DNA of 62,905 nt, filler included, from Octopus bimaculoides (lineage: Eukaryota): NCBI RefSeq assembly GCF_001194135.2. It is 6 parts of 6 records of this genome, joined end to end, with 100 filler letters (N's around TTAATTAATTAA, not from the genome) between each part and the next. Parts side by side here need not be neighbours in the genome. Positions count along the whole stretch, not along the records: positions 23,051 to 41,527 come from NC_068985.1; 5 more parts are not named here. The stretch is one strand, 5' to 3'. The position numbers and the translations under genes are program-made. The stretch's first letter is position 1. Every line of letters starts with the position of its first letter. Under the pieces are notes generated by a model that searched no databases, was not told the DNA's origin, and saw only the letters and a list, made by a program, of their open reading frames with translations. This document shows positions 25,960-37,609 of this stretch, one piece after another.

Positions 25960-26132
25960 TATTAAATTGATGGCAACTTATTTTGCAACTAAAGTGAATT
26001 TGACGTCTGTTACAATATGCATTCGTATATTGTAACACGTATATTGGGTATACGAGTTACAATATACGAGTGCATATTGTAACAGACGTCAAATTCACTT
26101 TAGTTGCAAAATAAGTTGCCATCAATTTAATA
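25960..26132. repeat. Near-perfect palindrome (77-bp arms, 19-nt loop), probable TA-flanked MITE
   Basis: Arm 25960-26036 is the reverse complement of 26056-26132 with one mismatch. Both ends are TA. Confidence 0.9.
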
Positions 26133-27249
26133 TTTTGAAGCTTTCAGTGAATCTTAAAACAAGGGCAGTGACTCTCCGAAGATGCTATTAGAATATTTAC
26201 TACTGCACGCTGGTACCATATATTAAAAGAATATTTATAGTGTATCTAACCCAGGAAACATATTTTAAACTTATTTAAAAATTCGAAATGATTTTTGCCG
26301 ACGCAGGCAACCATTAGATTCCACTGACTCTAGCTATTAAATTTTGAAACGTTCTAGTGTTTTGAAATACTACAGAATCTTGATCTTGCTTATTTTAAAG
26401 CCAATAACCTGAAATATCTTAAAGAAAGCACCCCCTCCCAAAGAGCAACTCACCAATTACTACGTACACTTTATTTTTATACGAAGAATTTCAGATCTTC
26501 ACAAAAATATCAAGTTCGTTGAATAGAATATCCGAGAGGTCATTCTGTCGTCAAAGAATCTAAATCTAAATAGAGTAGTTTCTTATGTCATAGGCCACGC
26601 AGCTGCTGTGACCTCCCCTCCATATTATAGCTATTCTCCAACATCAAGTCATATCTAGAAACCTCTTCATAGTAACAGTGTACTCCAGAGCGTAATGCGG
26701 CTTTCAGTAGGCGGCCATTGATAGGTGGATGTGAATATGACAGGTATTTACTATTAATCACTGTAGTGTTGCGAGAACAATAATGCGTGGGAAGAAACTT
26801 TGAATAGCGGATATGTGAAAGTGAATCATTAGTTATATATAAATGTGTGTGCGTGTATACATACATGCATAATACATACATACATACATCATATATATAT
26901 ATATATATATATACATCATGTGCTACTGATACTTCTGTGCTTTGTAGCACTACATCTATACGAGATGGTTTTTGATGATGAATACCAGGATAGGATATTA
27001 TGTTATTCTTACGGTATCTACTTTTAAGTAACACACACAGACACACACACAGATACACACACACATACACGCACGCACATATATGTACATACACATGTAT
27101 CTCTATATCTAATAATATATAAAATAGAGATGTGTGCGTATTCACTTTTCATGCGAAAACGGCCTTACCAATTGCTTTCATGCTTGTGATGCATCTTCTC
27201 CATCATGCTGGTGAACCGTGGATTGTCAAATCCAAATCAACTTTGGTAC

Positions 27250-28310
27250 AAAACAAGATGGGGCTTTCTGAAGACATTCTTCAAAGAATTCAATATCAGT
27301 GTGACGGTGATGTCACGTTCAATGATGACATCTTCAATGAGGCATTAAAATTAATAGACGACAAGATTTAATCACGGAGTAGAAACAAACTTGAAATCTA
27401 TGGTCTTCCAGCTCCTGGAAGAGATGTTCAACACAGATTAGCACAAGAGCTAATCAGGGAAACATCATACAACATGCAAAGTTTGCAAGCAGTTGTCAAT
27501 GAAAAGGAATCAATTCTGGTACAGGATCAAAAGGAGGTATACTGGCAAGTTCTTACATTTGTGGACAACAACATTGGTGGGATCTTCTTAGATTCTCCTG
27601 GAAGCACAGGAAAGACATTATTGATCAACCTGTCTCAGCCAAGCTGAGACAGAAGAAGAAGATTGCTCTGGCTGTTGCATCCACACTCCTAAAAGGTGGA
27701 AAAACAACCCATTCAACATTCAAGATGCCTCTGAACCTCATCCAAAATGAATCTCCTTCATGCAACATATCCTAGAATACAGCCTTAGAAAAGCTCCTTA
27801 CAGATGCCAAACTCATTGTCTGGGATGAGGCAACAATGTCCCATAAGACATCTTTGAAACGCTTGACACATCACTACAAGATATCAGAAACAATATGATC
27901 ATGAGTGGTGTCACTCTCATGGCTGGTGACTTCAGGCAAACGCTGCCTATTATTCTCAGAGGAATAAGGGCAGATGAGCTGAGAGCTTGCATCATGTCTT
28001 CATATATCTGGCAACATGTCAAGCAGCTTACTCAGACGACCAGCATGAGGGTCACGTTCATGGTGAACCGTTAGCCGCACAGTTCTCCAACAAGTTACTT
28101 GACATTGGAAATGGAAAACTTCCACAAGATCCAGAAGATAGTCTGTACCACCCCCCATGTGGAAATATGACTGCCTCCCTTGAAGACTTGAAGAGCAAGG
28201 TGTTTCCAAACATTGCCACAAACTATAAAAGTCATAAGTGTTTATGTGAAAGAACAATTCTGACACCAAGGAATGATGCTGTAGACAAGCTGAATCTAAA
28301 TTTGTTGTCT
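27250..28310 (+). pseudogene. Helitron Rep/Hel PIF1-family helicase relic
   Basis: LSEDIL..FNDDIFNEALKLIDDK; LDSPGSTGKTLLINL (Walker A); GGKTTHSTFKMPL; KLIVWDEATM (Walker B); AGDFRQTLPII.RG.RADELRACI.SS.IW; LLDIGNG; ILTPRNDAVDKLN. It has several stops and frameshifts. Confidence 0.92.
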
Positions 28311-28947
28311 AATATATGTATATATATATGTTTGTGCCTCAAGGTTTTCACTCCATACGCCAGCTCAACTTGATTCGCTAAGCGAGCAACAATTTAAGTC
28401 GCCGAAAGACGACTTAAGAGAGAGAGAGAGAGAGAGAATTGTGACTGAGGGTGCCGTGTAGCACCTCTATTGCTAGAAATAAGAGTTAAAAATCTTCAGA
28501 GCCGCAAGAAGATATATTTTCATATACAGAGAGGGGAGATAACCACCTCATAAGCGAAGCTAGATCCCTATACTAGACTAGTTTTGCCTGAAAATTACAA
28601 GCTCGTCAGTAGTGACTACTCCCTAGCCAAATGGTCTGGCTAAATCCTGACTGTCAGTATATATATTTACTATATGAATTCATGGCTGATTTAGCAAAAT
28701 GCTGTGAGAATTGCACTTTAATCTCTGCTTTTTCTTCTTTATTTTTGAGCTCCTTCTTATGTTTTCTCTCTTTCCACTATCCAAAGAAAGTCAATCCTCG
28801 AAACATTAAAACAATGAACTCTTCATTACCCTGGAAGTCAAAGTAATAATTTTGATTCTGAACTTATCAAATTTTGATTTTGCAATTTGCAGATTTTATT
28901 ATTTGTAGGCTGTCTGTCTTTCTGTTTGACTCTCTCTCTCTCTCTCG

Positions 28948-28989
<42 letters not shown>

Positions 28990-29018
28990 NNNNNNNNNNN
29001 NNNNNNCACGCACGCACG

Positions 29019-29060
<42 letters not shown>

Positions 29061-29149
29061 CATATAATATATAATACACATACTTATATATATATAATAC
29101 ACATACATACATACACACACTACACTAACACATTCACAACACACACATC

Positions 29150-29577
29150 CCGTGGCGTGACACCTTGGGTAAGTGTCTTGTGAATGGATTTGTCAGAAGG
29201 AAATTGAAAGAAACCCGTCGTATATATACGTATACATATATCCGTGTATATATCTATGTGTGTGTATAGTGCCTGTGGTTGTTCCCCTATCACCAGTTGA
29301 CAATTGATTTGTTTACATTCCCGTAACTTAGCGGTTCGGCAAAAGAGGAAATAAGTACCAGGCTTTAAAAAAGTACTGAAGTCGATTCATTCGACGAAAA
29401 TTTCTTCAAGGCGGTGCCCCAGCATGGCCGCAGTCGAATGACTGAAACAAGTAAAAGATAAAAGATAAAAAATGCATAAAATAAGGCGGTGAGCTCAAAT
29501 GCCATTCGGTCGACTTTGCCTTTGCTCCTTTCGGGTTCGATAAAATAAGTACCAATTGATTGTGGTCGATGTAATCG
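29150..29577 (+). mobile_element. SINE family A (deleted) followed by a partial SINE family B
   Basis: Family A tail ccagcatggccgcagtcgaatgactgaaacaagtaaaagataaaagataaaa, then aaggcggtgagct...gtcgactttgcctttg...cgataaaataagtacc up to the gap. Confidence 0.8.
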
Positions 29578-29977
29578 NNNNNNNNNNNNNNNNNNNNNNN
29601 NNNNNNNNNNNNNNNNNNNNNNNNNNNNNNNNNNNNNNNNNNNNNNNNNNNNNNNNNNNNNNNNNNNNNNNNNNNNNNNNNNNNNNNNNNNNNNNNNNNN
29701 NNNNNNNNNNNNNNNNNNNNNNNNNNNNNNNNNNNNNNNNNNNNNNNNNNNNNNNNNNNNNNNNNNNNNNNNNNNNNNNNNNNNNNNNNNNNNNNNNNNN
29801 NNNNNNNNNNNNNNNNNNNNNNNNNNNNNNNNNNNNNTATAAGGGCATTACTATATAGTAATGCCCTTATATAAATTATATATATTTATGGAAAAAAACG
29901 ATGGGTTTTTTTCCTTATGGGGTTTATTCACGCTGACTACTTGATAAATTCTTATAAAGATTTTTATCCTATATTAT

Positions 29978-30005
<28 letters not shown>

Positions 30006-30008
<3 letters not shown>

Positions 30009-30990
30009 CAAGTCATTGAGAATGAAATGTCCGACTTTGAACTGAAAGTTTATTTTACTTTATCTCAACAAAAAGCAATACAGTTAATCAAAGTATGCGC
30101 CTAAATTATTAACACAATTTTGCCATTTTATCGGTAGCTTATTTATGCCGACAGCAAAGAATTCTGGAGAGCAAGAGGTGATGAAATCACGAAAGGCTGT
30201 TTTTGAATCTTCTACAGGTTTGAAATTTCTTCCATGAAAAAGTTGTTTAATGCCTTGAAAACATGATAGTCAATTAGTGCAAGGTCTGGTGAATATGATG
30301 GATGACAGAGTACTTCCAAGTTTAGTTCCTGTAACTTGAGTAGCGTTCTTTGTGCAACATGTGGCTGAGCATTGTCTTGCAAGAGAATTGGCCTGTCTCT
30401 ACAGACCAACCTTGGTTGTTTAATTGCAAGTTCACTCATCCTTTCATCCAATTGGTAATTGACTTACCAGGTCTCATAAAGCTGTAGTGGATGACATCAG
30501 CGCTGGACCGCCAGACACCATTAACGGTTTTTGGTGAATATTCTTTTTTGGATTGTGTTTTAGCACATTTTCTATCCAACCACCATGCAGAACGCTTGCT
30601 ATTGTTGAAAAGAATCCATTTTTCATCACTCGTAACAATGCGATGCAAAAATGGTTCACTTTTATGCCGTGACAGCAAAGAACAGCAAATTTCAAGACAA
30701 CGTGTCATTTGCTGTTCTTTCAGTTCGTGTGGTACTCGTTTGTCCAGTTTCTTTACCTTGCCGATTTGTTTCAGTTGGTCCAATACAGTTGGAATCGAAA
30801 CATCAAACCTTGCTGCTAACTCAAGTGCAGTTTGAGTTGTATCGGCTTCCACTATAGTTTCCAGGTCATCCTTACCCACCTTGGTCTCACGTCTACCACG
30901 AGGCTGATTTTCAAGAGTAAAGTCACCAGACCGGAATTTTTCAAAGCATCAACGTACAGTGCACTCATTCGCCACATCTTCACCAAACAC
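30006..30990 (-). pseudogene. Mariner (SETMAR/Hsmar1-like, DD34D) transposase relic with right terminal inverted repeat
   Basis: VFGEDVANECTVR*CFEKFRSGDFTLENQPRGR..DDLETIVEAD..KVKKLDKRVPHEL..FLHRIVTSDEKWILF..ILLQDNAQPHVA..HPSYSPDLALIDYHVF. It ends at TA-tcaagtcattgagaatgaaatgtcc. Confidence 0.93.
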
Positions 30991-32081
30991 CTATAGTCAG
31001 TTAATTATCATGTGGACCTGTTCATGTTCTGGTGAACCAGTCCATATTATAGGTGAAGTCTTTTGGACAGAATCAATTCCTTAAAACTGGGAATGGTGAC
31101 ATAATTCGTAGTGCTGGTTCATTCACTTGCAGTGCTGAGTACAATTATTCCAGCGGGAGTTGTTATTTTGGTTTAACCTCAAACGGCCCTGATTCAGCAG
31201 ATATATGATAAAGCACAAATTCAGCCATGACTTACCCATTTTCGTTTCAGGCATAATACTCTTTAGACAAAATTCATCGTACTATATGTTATGTTGTCTT
31301 TATGAAAGACGGCGGTTAGGTGTTACCCGAAGTAGAACTGGCTGCTACATCTAGCAGGCTATCAGTGTATGTTTGAAGTATCAATATCCCTTGGTTAGAG
31401 GAGCTAAATGAAAAGCCAGATCTGCTTGATCACAGCTAGATGATAATTAGATTGATCACTCACCTAAACATACTGTTATACATCAATGAATGTTCACTCA
31501 CATATACACGGTAGGCTCCAATGGAACACGCCCTAAGCCTTCAAATCTGTTTTTCTGAAGTTCTAATCCCGCTTCTATAAGCTGAAAATAAATTAAGCAC
31601 TAATATTTCTAACAAAAGCTGCTAGTGACGTTTGTTCTCTACCTCTAGCTTCAGGCTGCACATAATAAAAGAGGAGGCACCAAGTCGCTTTCTACATGAC
31701 TATTATACACACAGACACACGCGCACACACAGGCATCCCACATATACAAACAGAAATGCACACATCTTAGTCGCAGACACCTACCTGCCTACCTACCTAC
31801 CTACCTACCTACCTACATAAATACATACCTTCCTATATAAATATATTATATATCATATATACATATATATAAATGTATGTATATATATTCCCCTTAATTT
31901 CCCCTTACATTTACACATGTAGTTTCTATTTTCTTTTTGTAACATATNNNNNNNNNNNNNNNNNNNNNNNNNNNNNNNNNNNNNNNNNNNNNNNNNNNNN
32001 NNNNNNNNNNNNNNNNNNNNNNNNNNNNNNNNNNNNATATATATATATATATATATATGTATATACATACATACATACATG

Positions 32082-32115
<34 letters not shown>

Positions 32116-32225
32116 TGTAAATGTATGTATGTATGTATGTATATATATTCCCCTTAATTTCCCCTTACATTTACACATGTAGTTTCTATTTTCTTTTTGT
32201 AACATATTTCTATTATATATACATA

Positions 32226-32266
<41 letters not shown>

Positions 32267-33379
32267 GTATATTTATATGTATGGCATAGGAAACTATTTT
32301 CAGAAAGAGATGATGTTGCGTTGTGTTTTGCTTCTTTCTTTCTTCCATCAAATCGAAATTACTTACTTTTTTCTTTCAAATATTTGATGTCCACATTCCA
32401 TGCTTATTTTATAAGTACTTAATATATTTATATTAAAACGTGTATATTATGTATTTAGACACACACACGCACGCGTACACACAGACACACATACACAAAC
32501 GCACACACACACAGACATATCTNNNNNNNNNNNNNNNNNNNNNNNNNNNNNNNNNNNNNNNNNNNNNNNNNNNNNNNNNNNNNNNNNNNNNNNNNNNNNN
32601 NNNNNNNNNNNNNNNNNNNNNNNNNNNNNNNNNNNNNNNNNNNNNNNNNNNNNNNNNNNNNNNNNNNNNNNNNNNNNNNNNNNNNNNNNNNNNNNNNNNN
32701 NNNNNNNNNNNNNNNNNNNNNNNNNNNNNNNNNNNNNNNNNNNNNNNNNNNNNNNNNNNNNNNNNNNNNNNNNNNNNNNNNNNNNNNNNNNNNNNNNNNN
32801 NNNNNNNNNNNNNNNNNNNNNNNNNNNNNNNNNNNNNNNNNNNNNNNNNNNNNNNNNNNNNNNNNNNNNNNNNNNNNNNNNNNNNNNNNNNNNNNNNNNN
32901 NNNNNNNNNNNNNNNNNNNNNNNNNNNNNNNNNNNNNNNNNNNNNNNNNNNNNNNNNNNNNNNNNNNNNNNNNNNNNNNNNNNNNNNNNNNNNNNNNNNN
33001 NNNNNNNNNNNNNNNNNNNNNNNNNNNNNNNNNNNNNNNNNNNNNNNNNNNNNNNNNNNNNNNNNNNNNNNNNNNNNNNNNNNNNNNNNNNNNNNNNNNN
33101 NNNNNNNNNNNNNNNNNNNNNNNNNNNNNNNNNNNNNNNNNNNNNNNNNNNNNNNNNNNNNNNNNNNNNNNNNNNNNNNNNNNNNNNNNNNNNNNNNNNN
33201 NNNNNNNNNNNNNNNNNNNNNNNNNNNNNNNNNNNNNNNNNNNNNNNNNNNNNNNNNNNNNNNNNNNNNNNNNNNNNNNNNNNNNNNNNNNNNNNNNNNN
33301 NNNNNNNNNNNNNNNNNNNNNNNNNNNNNNNNNNNNNNNNNNNNNNNNNNNNNNNNNNNNNNNNNNNNNNNNNNNNNNN

Positions 33380-33435
<56 letters not shown>

Positions 33436-35083
33436 CATTTTATATCTGTTCCGGATGCAGAAGAGAGATGAGGGTTACGTTAATTTGATGCTAAAATTTT
33501 AATGCCAAAGGGTTGAGAATTTTGCTTTCTAGAAGGTTTTATTAAAATCTGGGAATTAATATTAAATTACTGAATATATAAATCGAGTAATTGAAATGGT
33601 TCCAAACTGGAAATGAAAATTAGGTCAGGAGTCAGTTTACCGAGAATATTCTGTCACAGAATGGGACCATCGAAAATCACTTTTGACAACACAGCGAAGT
33701 AATTGGTTCACCTGCTAGATATAACAACTAAATACCCCTCAGATTCCTCCAACTGTTTAAAGAAGGGACTTATTAGATAGTCTTAGATATACATTTGTAA
33801 AATGAGACTGTTATGGCTGACATAAGTTAGATCCATGTTCTGCTTGATCACAGCTGATGTAGGAGTGTACAACAAGAATAGCAATAAGCTATTGTGACAA
33901 CCGTTTCGTGGTTAATTCACATGCTAGATATAACAGCCAAATTTCTTTGAAATATTCTCTGTTCAATATTTAAAAAGGAATTTAAACATAATTTAAACAA
34001 TCACGACAAAAATTGGGTGTCTGTCATTAAAATTATCGATTAGTTGTTTCGATCAATCAATTATATACCAGCTATATACCTTCGATCGAATCGATCAGCT
34101 ATGTACTTTCCATCAATTTGCCACACAACAGAAAACGATAGGAACCTCTACCACATCATTTTAATGGAATCTACTCTGTTGCAAACATGCAGGCCAAGTA
34201 ATCGGAATAAAGATGACTTCTTCTCTTTATCCCACTAGTCTTGGAGGCCCCGTCACTTTTCACTAAACCATGAACAATAAAATCAACGACGCCATACATT
34301 CACACTTAATTTCCTTTCTTACAGAGAAGGATAAAAATAGAAAGAACTACAGGCGAAGACATTTAATGAGAGCAATTTATTGTTTCATTTGATGTGATTA
34401 ATTTCCTTTTACCTGTGCAGAATCCAAGTCAGTTCCTGATAAAATGATAAAATTCTTTTGTTTAACTCAAAACAGATCTTGTATTTTGTGGTTACGCGAA
34501 CTAGTGTATGTAAATAAACTTACATTCACATAGTGGTATGTTACTCTGATACACAACTTTATATTTGCTTCATTACTGTGTGAACTTACCTGGGTGTTTA
34601 ACTGTGTGGGTGTATATGTGTGTTTATGTGAGTGAATGTTTGCGTTGTTTTCTATCGTTATTTGTTGATGCAAACGATTTTGTTTGATTTTTTTTAATAG
34701 ATGAGTTTTGAGTTCTTCTTCACTCACTCTTCATCTAACGGAAGAAATCAAAAAGGAATTACTGCCTGACCAATTGTTTCACCAGAAGCTCTTTGTGGAC
34801 AGTACCCAGTTTTTATTGTAAATATTTCGAAGGTAAAATGACTGTATTGAAGTGGCAAGTAGTTTGCACATTTCCTGCTTATGGTCGATCAGATAACCCA
34901 AATATTGTTGGATATACAGACTACTCTAAAATAAACTTTTATTCCATTAACGTTTACATTCTCTATTAATTCACAGTCATTGATTTTCCATTTTATACTT
35001 CAAACAACTTTTGAGGTAAAAAGCAATTCTGATAAAATATTTAGACATACAGTCAATATACACTTATTTCAATATACACTTAT

Positions 35084-35127
<44 letters not shown>

Positions 35128-35129
35128 AG

Positions 35130-35161
<32 letters not shown>

Positions 35162-36741
35162 TATACATATAAAACACATATGAATGCTCACTACACATAC
35201 ATATACTCTGTACTTATACAAAGACATCACATACACATACGCGTACACAATTTGTTTGTGGTTCATGTATGTGTTGTGTCCGTTCAAAGTATAGTGACAG
35301 ATCTGAACATTTTCCAAATCTTTCGTCGCATTATGAAACTATTAAACAATTTTGACCGAATTCCAGATAGTGTTTTAATTCATTAGTTTAATAATTAACT
35401 TGAAATTTTTTTTCATTTATCTTTTATTTTTAACTCAACAAATCTCCCTTAATGCCTCAGATTTTTTTAATTATCATTCTATTACATTGGGTGCACTAAG
35501 TTACCAGTGCATTAGGCTTTTTGTCCAACTAAGAAAGATCAAAAATATTTTTCACCGCGTTCTCACGGCCGTAGTTCTTGTAAATGAAAATCACTCAAAC
35601 ACCTAGATAATCTATTCTAATGCTAGATTAAGGTTGAATGGGCCACAGTAGACTCTGGGATTCCTTATTATAAAAGAAAGAAAATAATGACCCTAAAGCA
35701 TTTAATAATTTTGATGTCAAGGAATAGGAAGTGGAATCAATTACTGTAAACAACGTCAATCCCAGAAAGGGTCATGCAATTACGCTAGGGACTAAAAGGT
35801 TAAGGTTATCTCATGATGAAGTGAGTAGGTTTTTCCTAAATATTGTTCTATCATTGAAATGACAGTCTTAAGAAAGAACGTTTTACCATTTTCTTTGTTC
35901 AACATCTCCGAGTACATAATATACACATATGTTAGTGAGTAGTAAGTCGATAAAGTGAAAATAGATGTGCCCTAAATGTTGATATGAAACAAAGATATTC
36001 AGTTTCTAGCAGATGTCTATAATGTCAGTTTTGTAGGTGCCTCATTTTAATTGGTATGATTGGTAAAAAAACAAAACGAAGAGAATTAGACATCAACAAA
36101 ACACACTAATAACAATAAAAGCCAAAGATAATAAATATGAACAGTAACTTATCACTGCTTCCTGGCAAAGTAGGATGTATTTTTTTTATTTTCTTCGCGA
36201 ATATTTTAACGATTAACACATTAGCAAAGATATGTTTTTGGGCGAGTTATTTATATTTTACTCTGAGGAAGCTTCGTTTAAGAATGAAAGTGACTGAAAG
36301 CAAGAAGGAAAAAAATAACGAAAGATTTCTTATAATATTTCAGACATACAATGGTGTGTATGTATATGCATAAACGTAATACTTAGACATAAATCATTAT
36401 GTGCATATGTTTGTATGTGTATAATCTTTTCTTATCGCTACTAAATAGACGAGCTGCTGCTCTTGGTTGATATTCTACTTTGAAGAGAGACTGTTTCTGT
36501 GTAATAGTTTACCTCCGTTATTCTTAGCAACGAGAAACAAAAGAAAATATATTGTAGTCATTCGGAGTTAAAAGTCTGTTTTTTTACTGTTTACTGTTGA
36601 AAGCAGATTGTTTCCTACGAAATTTTTTCTGTTTCTGTATTCCCTTCTCTCTATTATCCGCCAAGTGTGCGTGTTAAACGAACGAAGTGATATAAAAAAG
36701 CATTAGTAAATGTTGGAGTTACTTAAGATTAAAAGGTACTA

Positions 36742-36744
<3 letters not shown>

Positions 36745-36792
<48 letters not shown>

Positions 36793-37520
36793 CCTTTCTT
36801 TATTAGCCACAAACGCCGACAAAAATAAGATTGGACATTACAAAACATGAAGGACAAAGTGCGGTTACATAAAGTGTTGTGTAAAAAGTCAATAACAATG
36901 AAAAATATAACAAAGAAAATGCCTAAAAGAGGCAAGCAACACTGGGCTATTAATGGAGACCCCACGAAAAATCCACAAGCACCACGACCACTAGGACAAC
37001 AACCTTCTCCCCATCTTTCTCTCCCTCTCTCTCAGCCTTGGAAACTAAAAAGCGCATGCTCAAAGTAGGCCCATTGACATGGACCATCTTCGCTACATTC
37101 ACCTACCTTTTAACAAAATTGTTGGAAATCAGCACTTCTCTCTCAACCCTTACTTTCCTTTTTCAGATGGTATCTGAAAAAGTTGATGAGGGGTAGGCAA
37201 AAAAGAAAAGTATTTGTCTTCAGCCTTTTCAGTCTAGACCACCACACAACCTCTTTCGCTAAAGCCACGAGACAGATGAAAATTGCATTTCCTTGCCGGC
37301 CAAAGGAAGGCGGCGGGGCAATCTTCATGATGGAATCAGCCAACAAGCGGACACGTCCTTCATGTGACAGCAGATGCTCAACATAAACCCATATGTCAGA
37401 TATGCTCGGGAACTGGACGAGAGCACAGTTTCGTCGCTCTGCGCACATCTCGGGAAGATCCAACTGTCGGCACTTCTGTGTCTGTAGAGTTTATTTCGAA
37501 CAGGCAACATCAGACCGTCT
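36745..37520 (-). mobile_element. L1/Tx1-like LINE 3' end (C-terminal zinc-finger region, 3' UTR and (TTA)n tail)
   Basis: The minus strand reads LPVRNKLYRH..FPRCAQSDETVL / FICLVALAKEVVWWSRLK..NFFRYHLK. The 3' UTR ends aataaagaaagg(att)n. Confidence 0.8.
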
Positions 37521-37609
37521 CCATCCCCAACCACCATACACACACACACAAAAAAAAAAAAACCCAAGGCAAAAAAAAAAAAAACGGGAAGTACGTACTT
37601 TAAACTTGT

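Noticed and set aside
27250-28310. Possible host PIF1 helicase gene
   Set aside because: It is intronless with multiple stops and frameshifts and is preceded by the Helitron-specific 'LSEDIL...NEAL..I.D' linker, so it is a transposon relic.
29838-29871. Perfect 34-bp palindrome
   Set aside because: It starts exactly at a contig edge and is centred on TATA, so it cannot be distinguished from an assembly foldback.
31871-32206. About 75-bp direct repeat on both sides of an N gap
   Set aside because: This is a typical unmerged contig overlap and most likely an assembly artefact.
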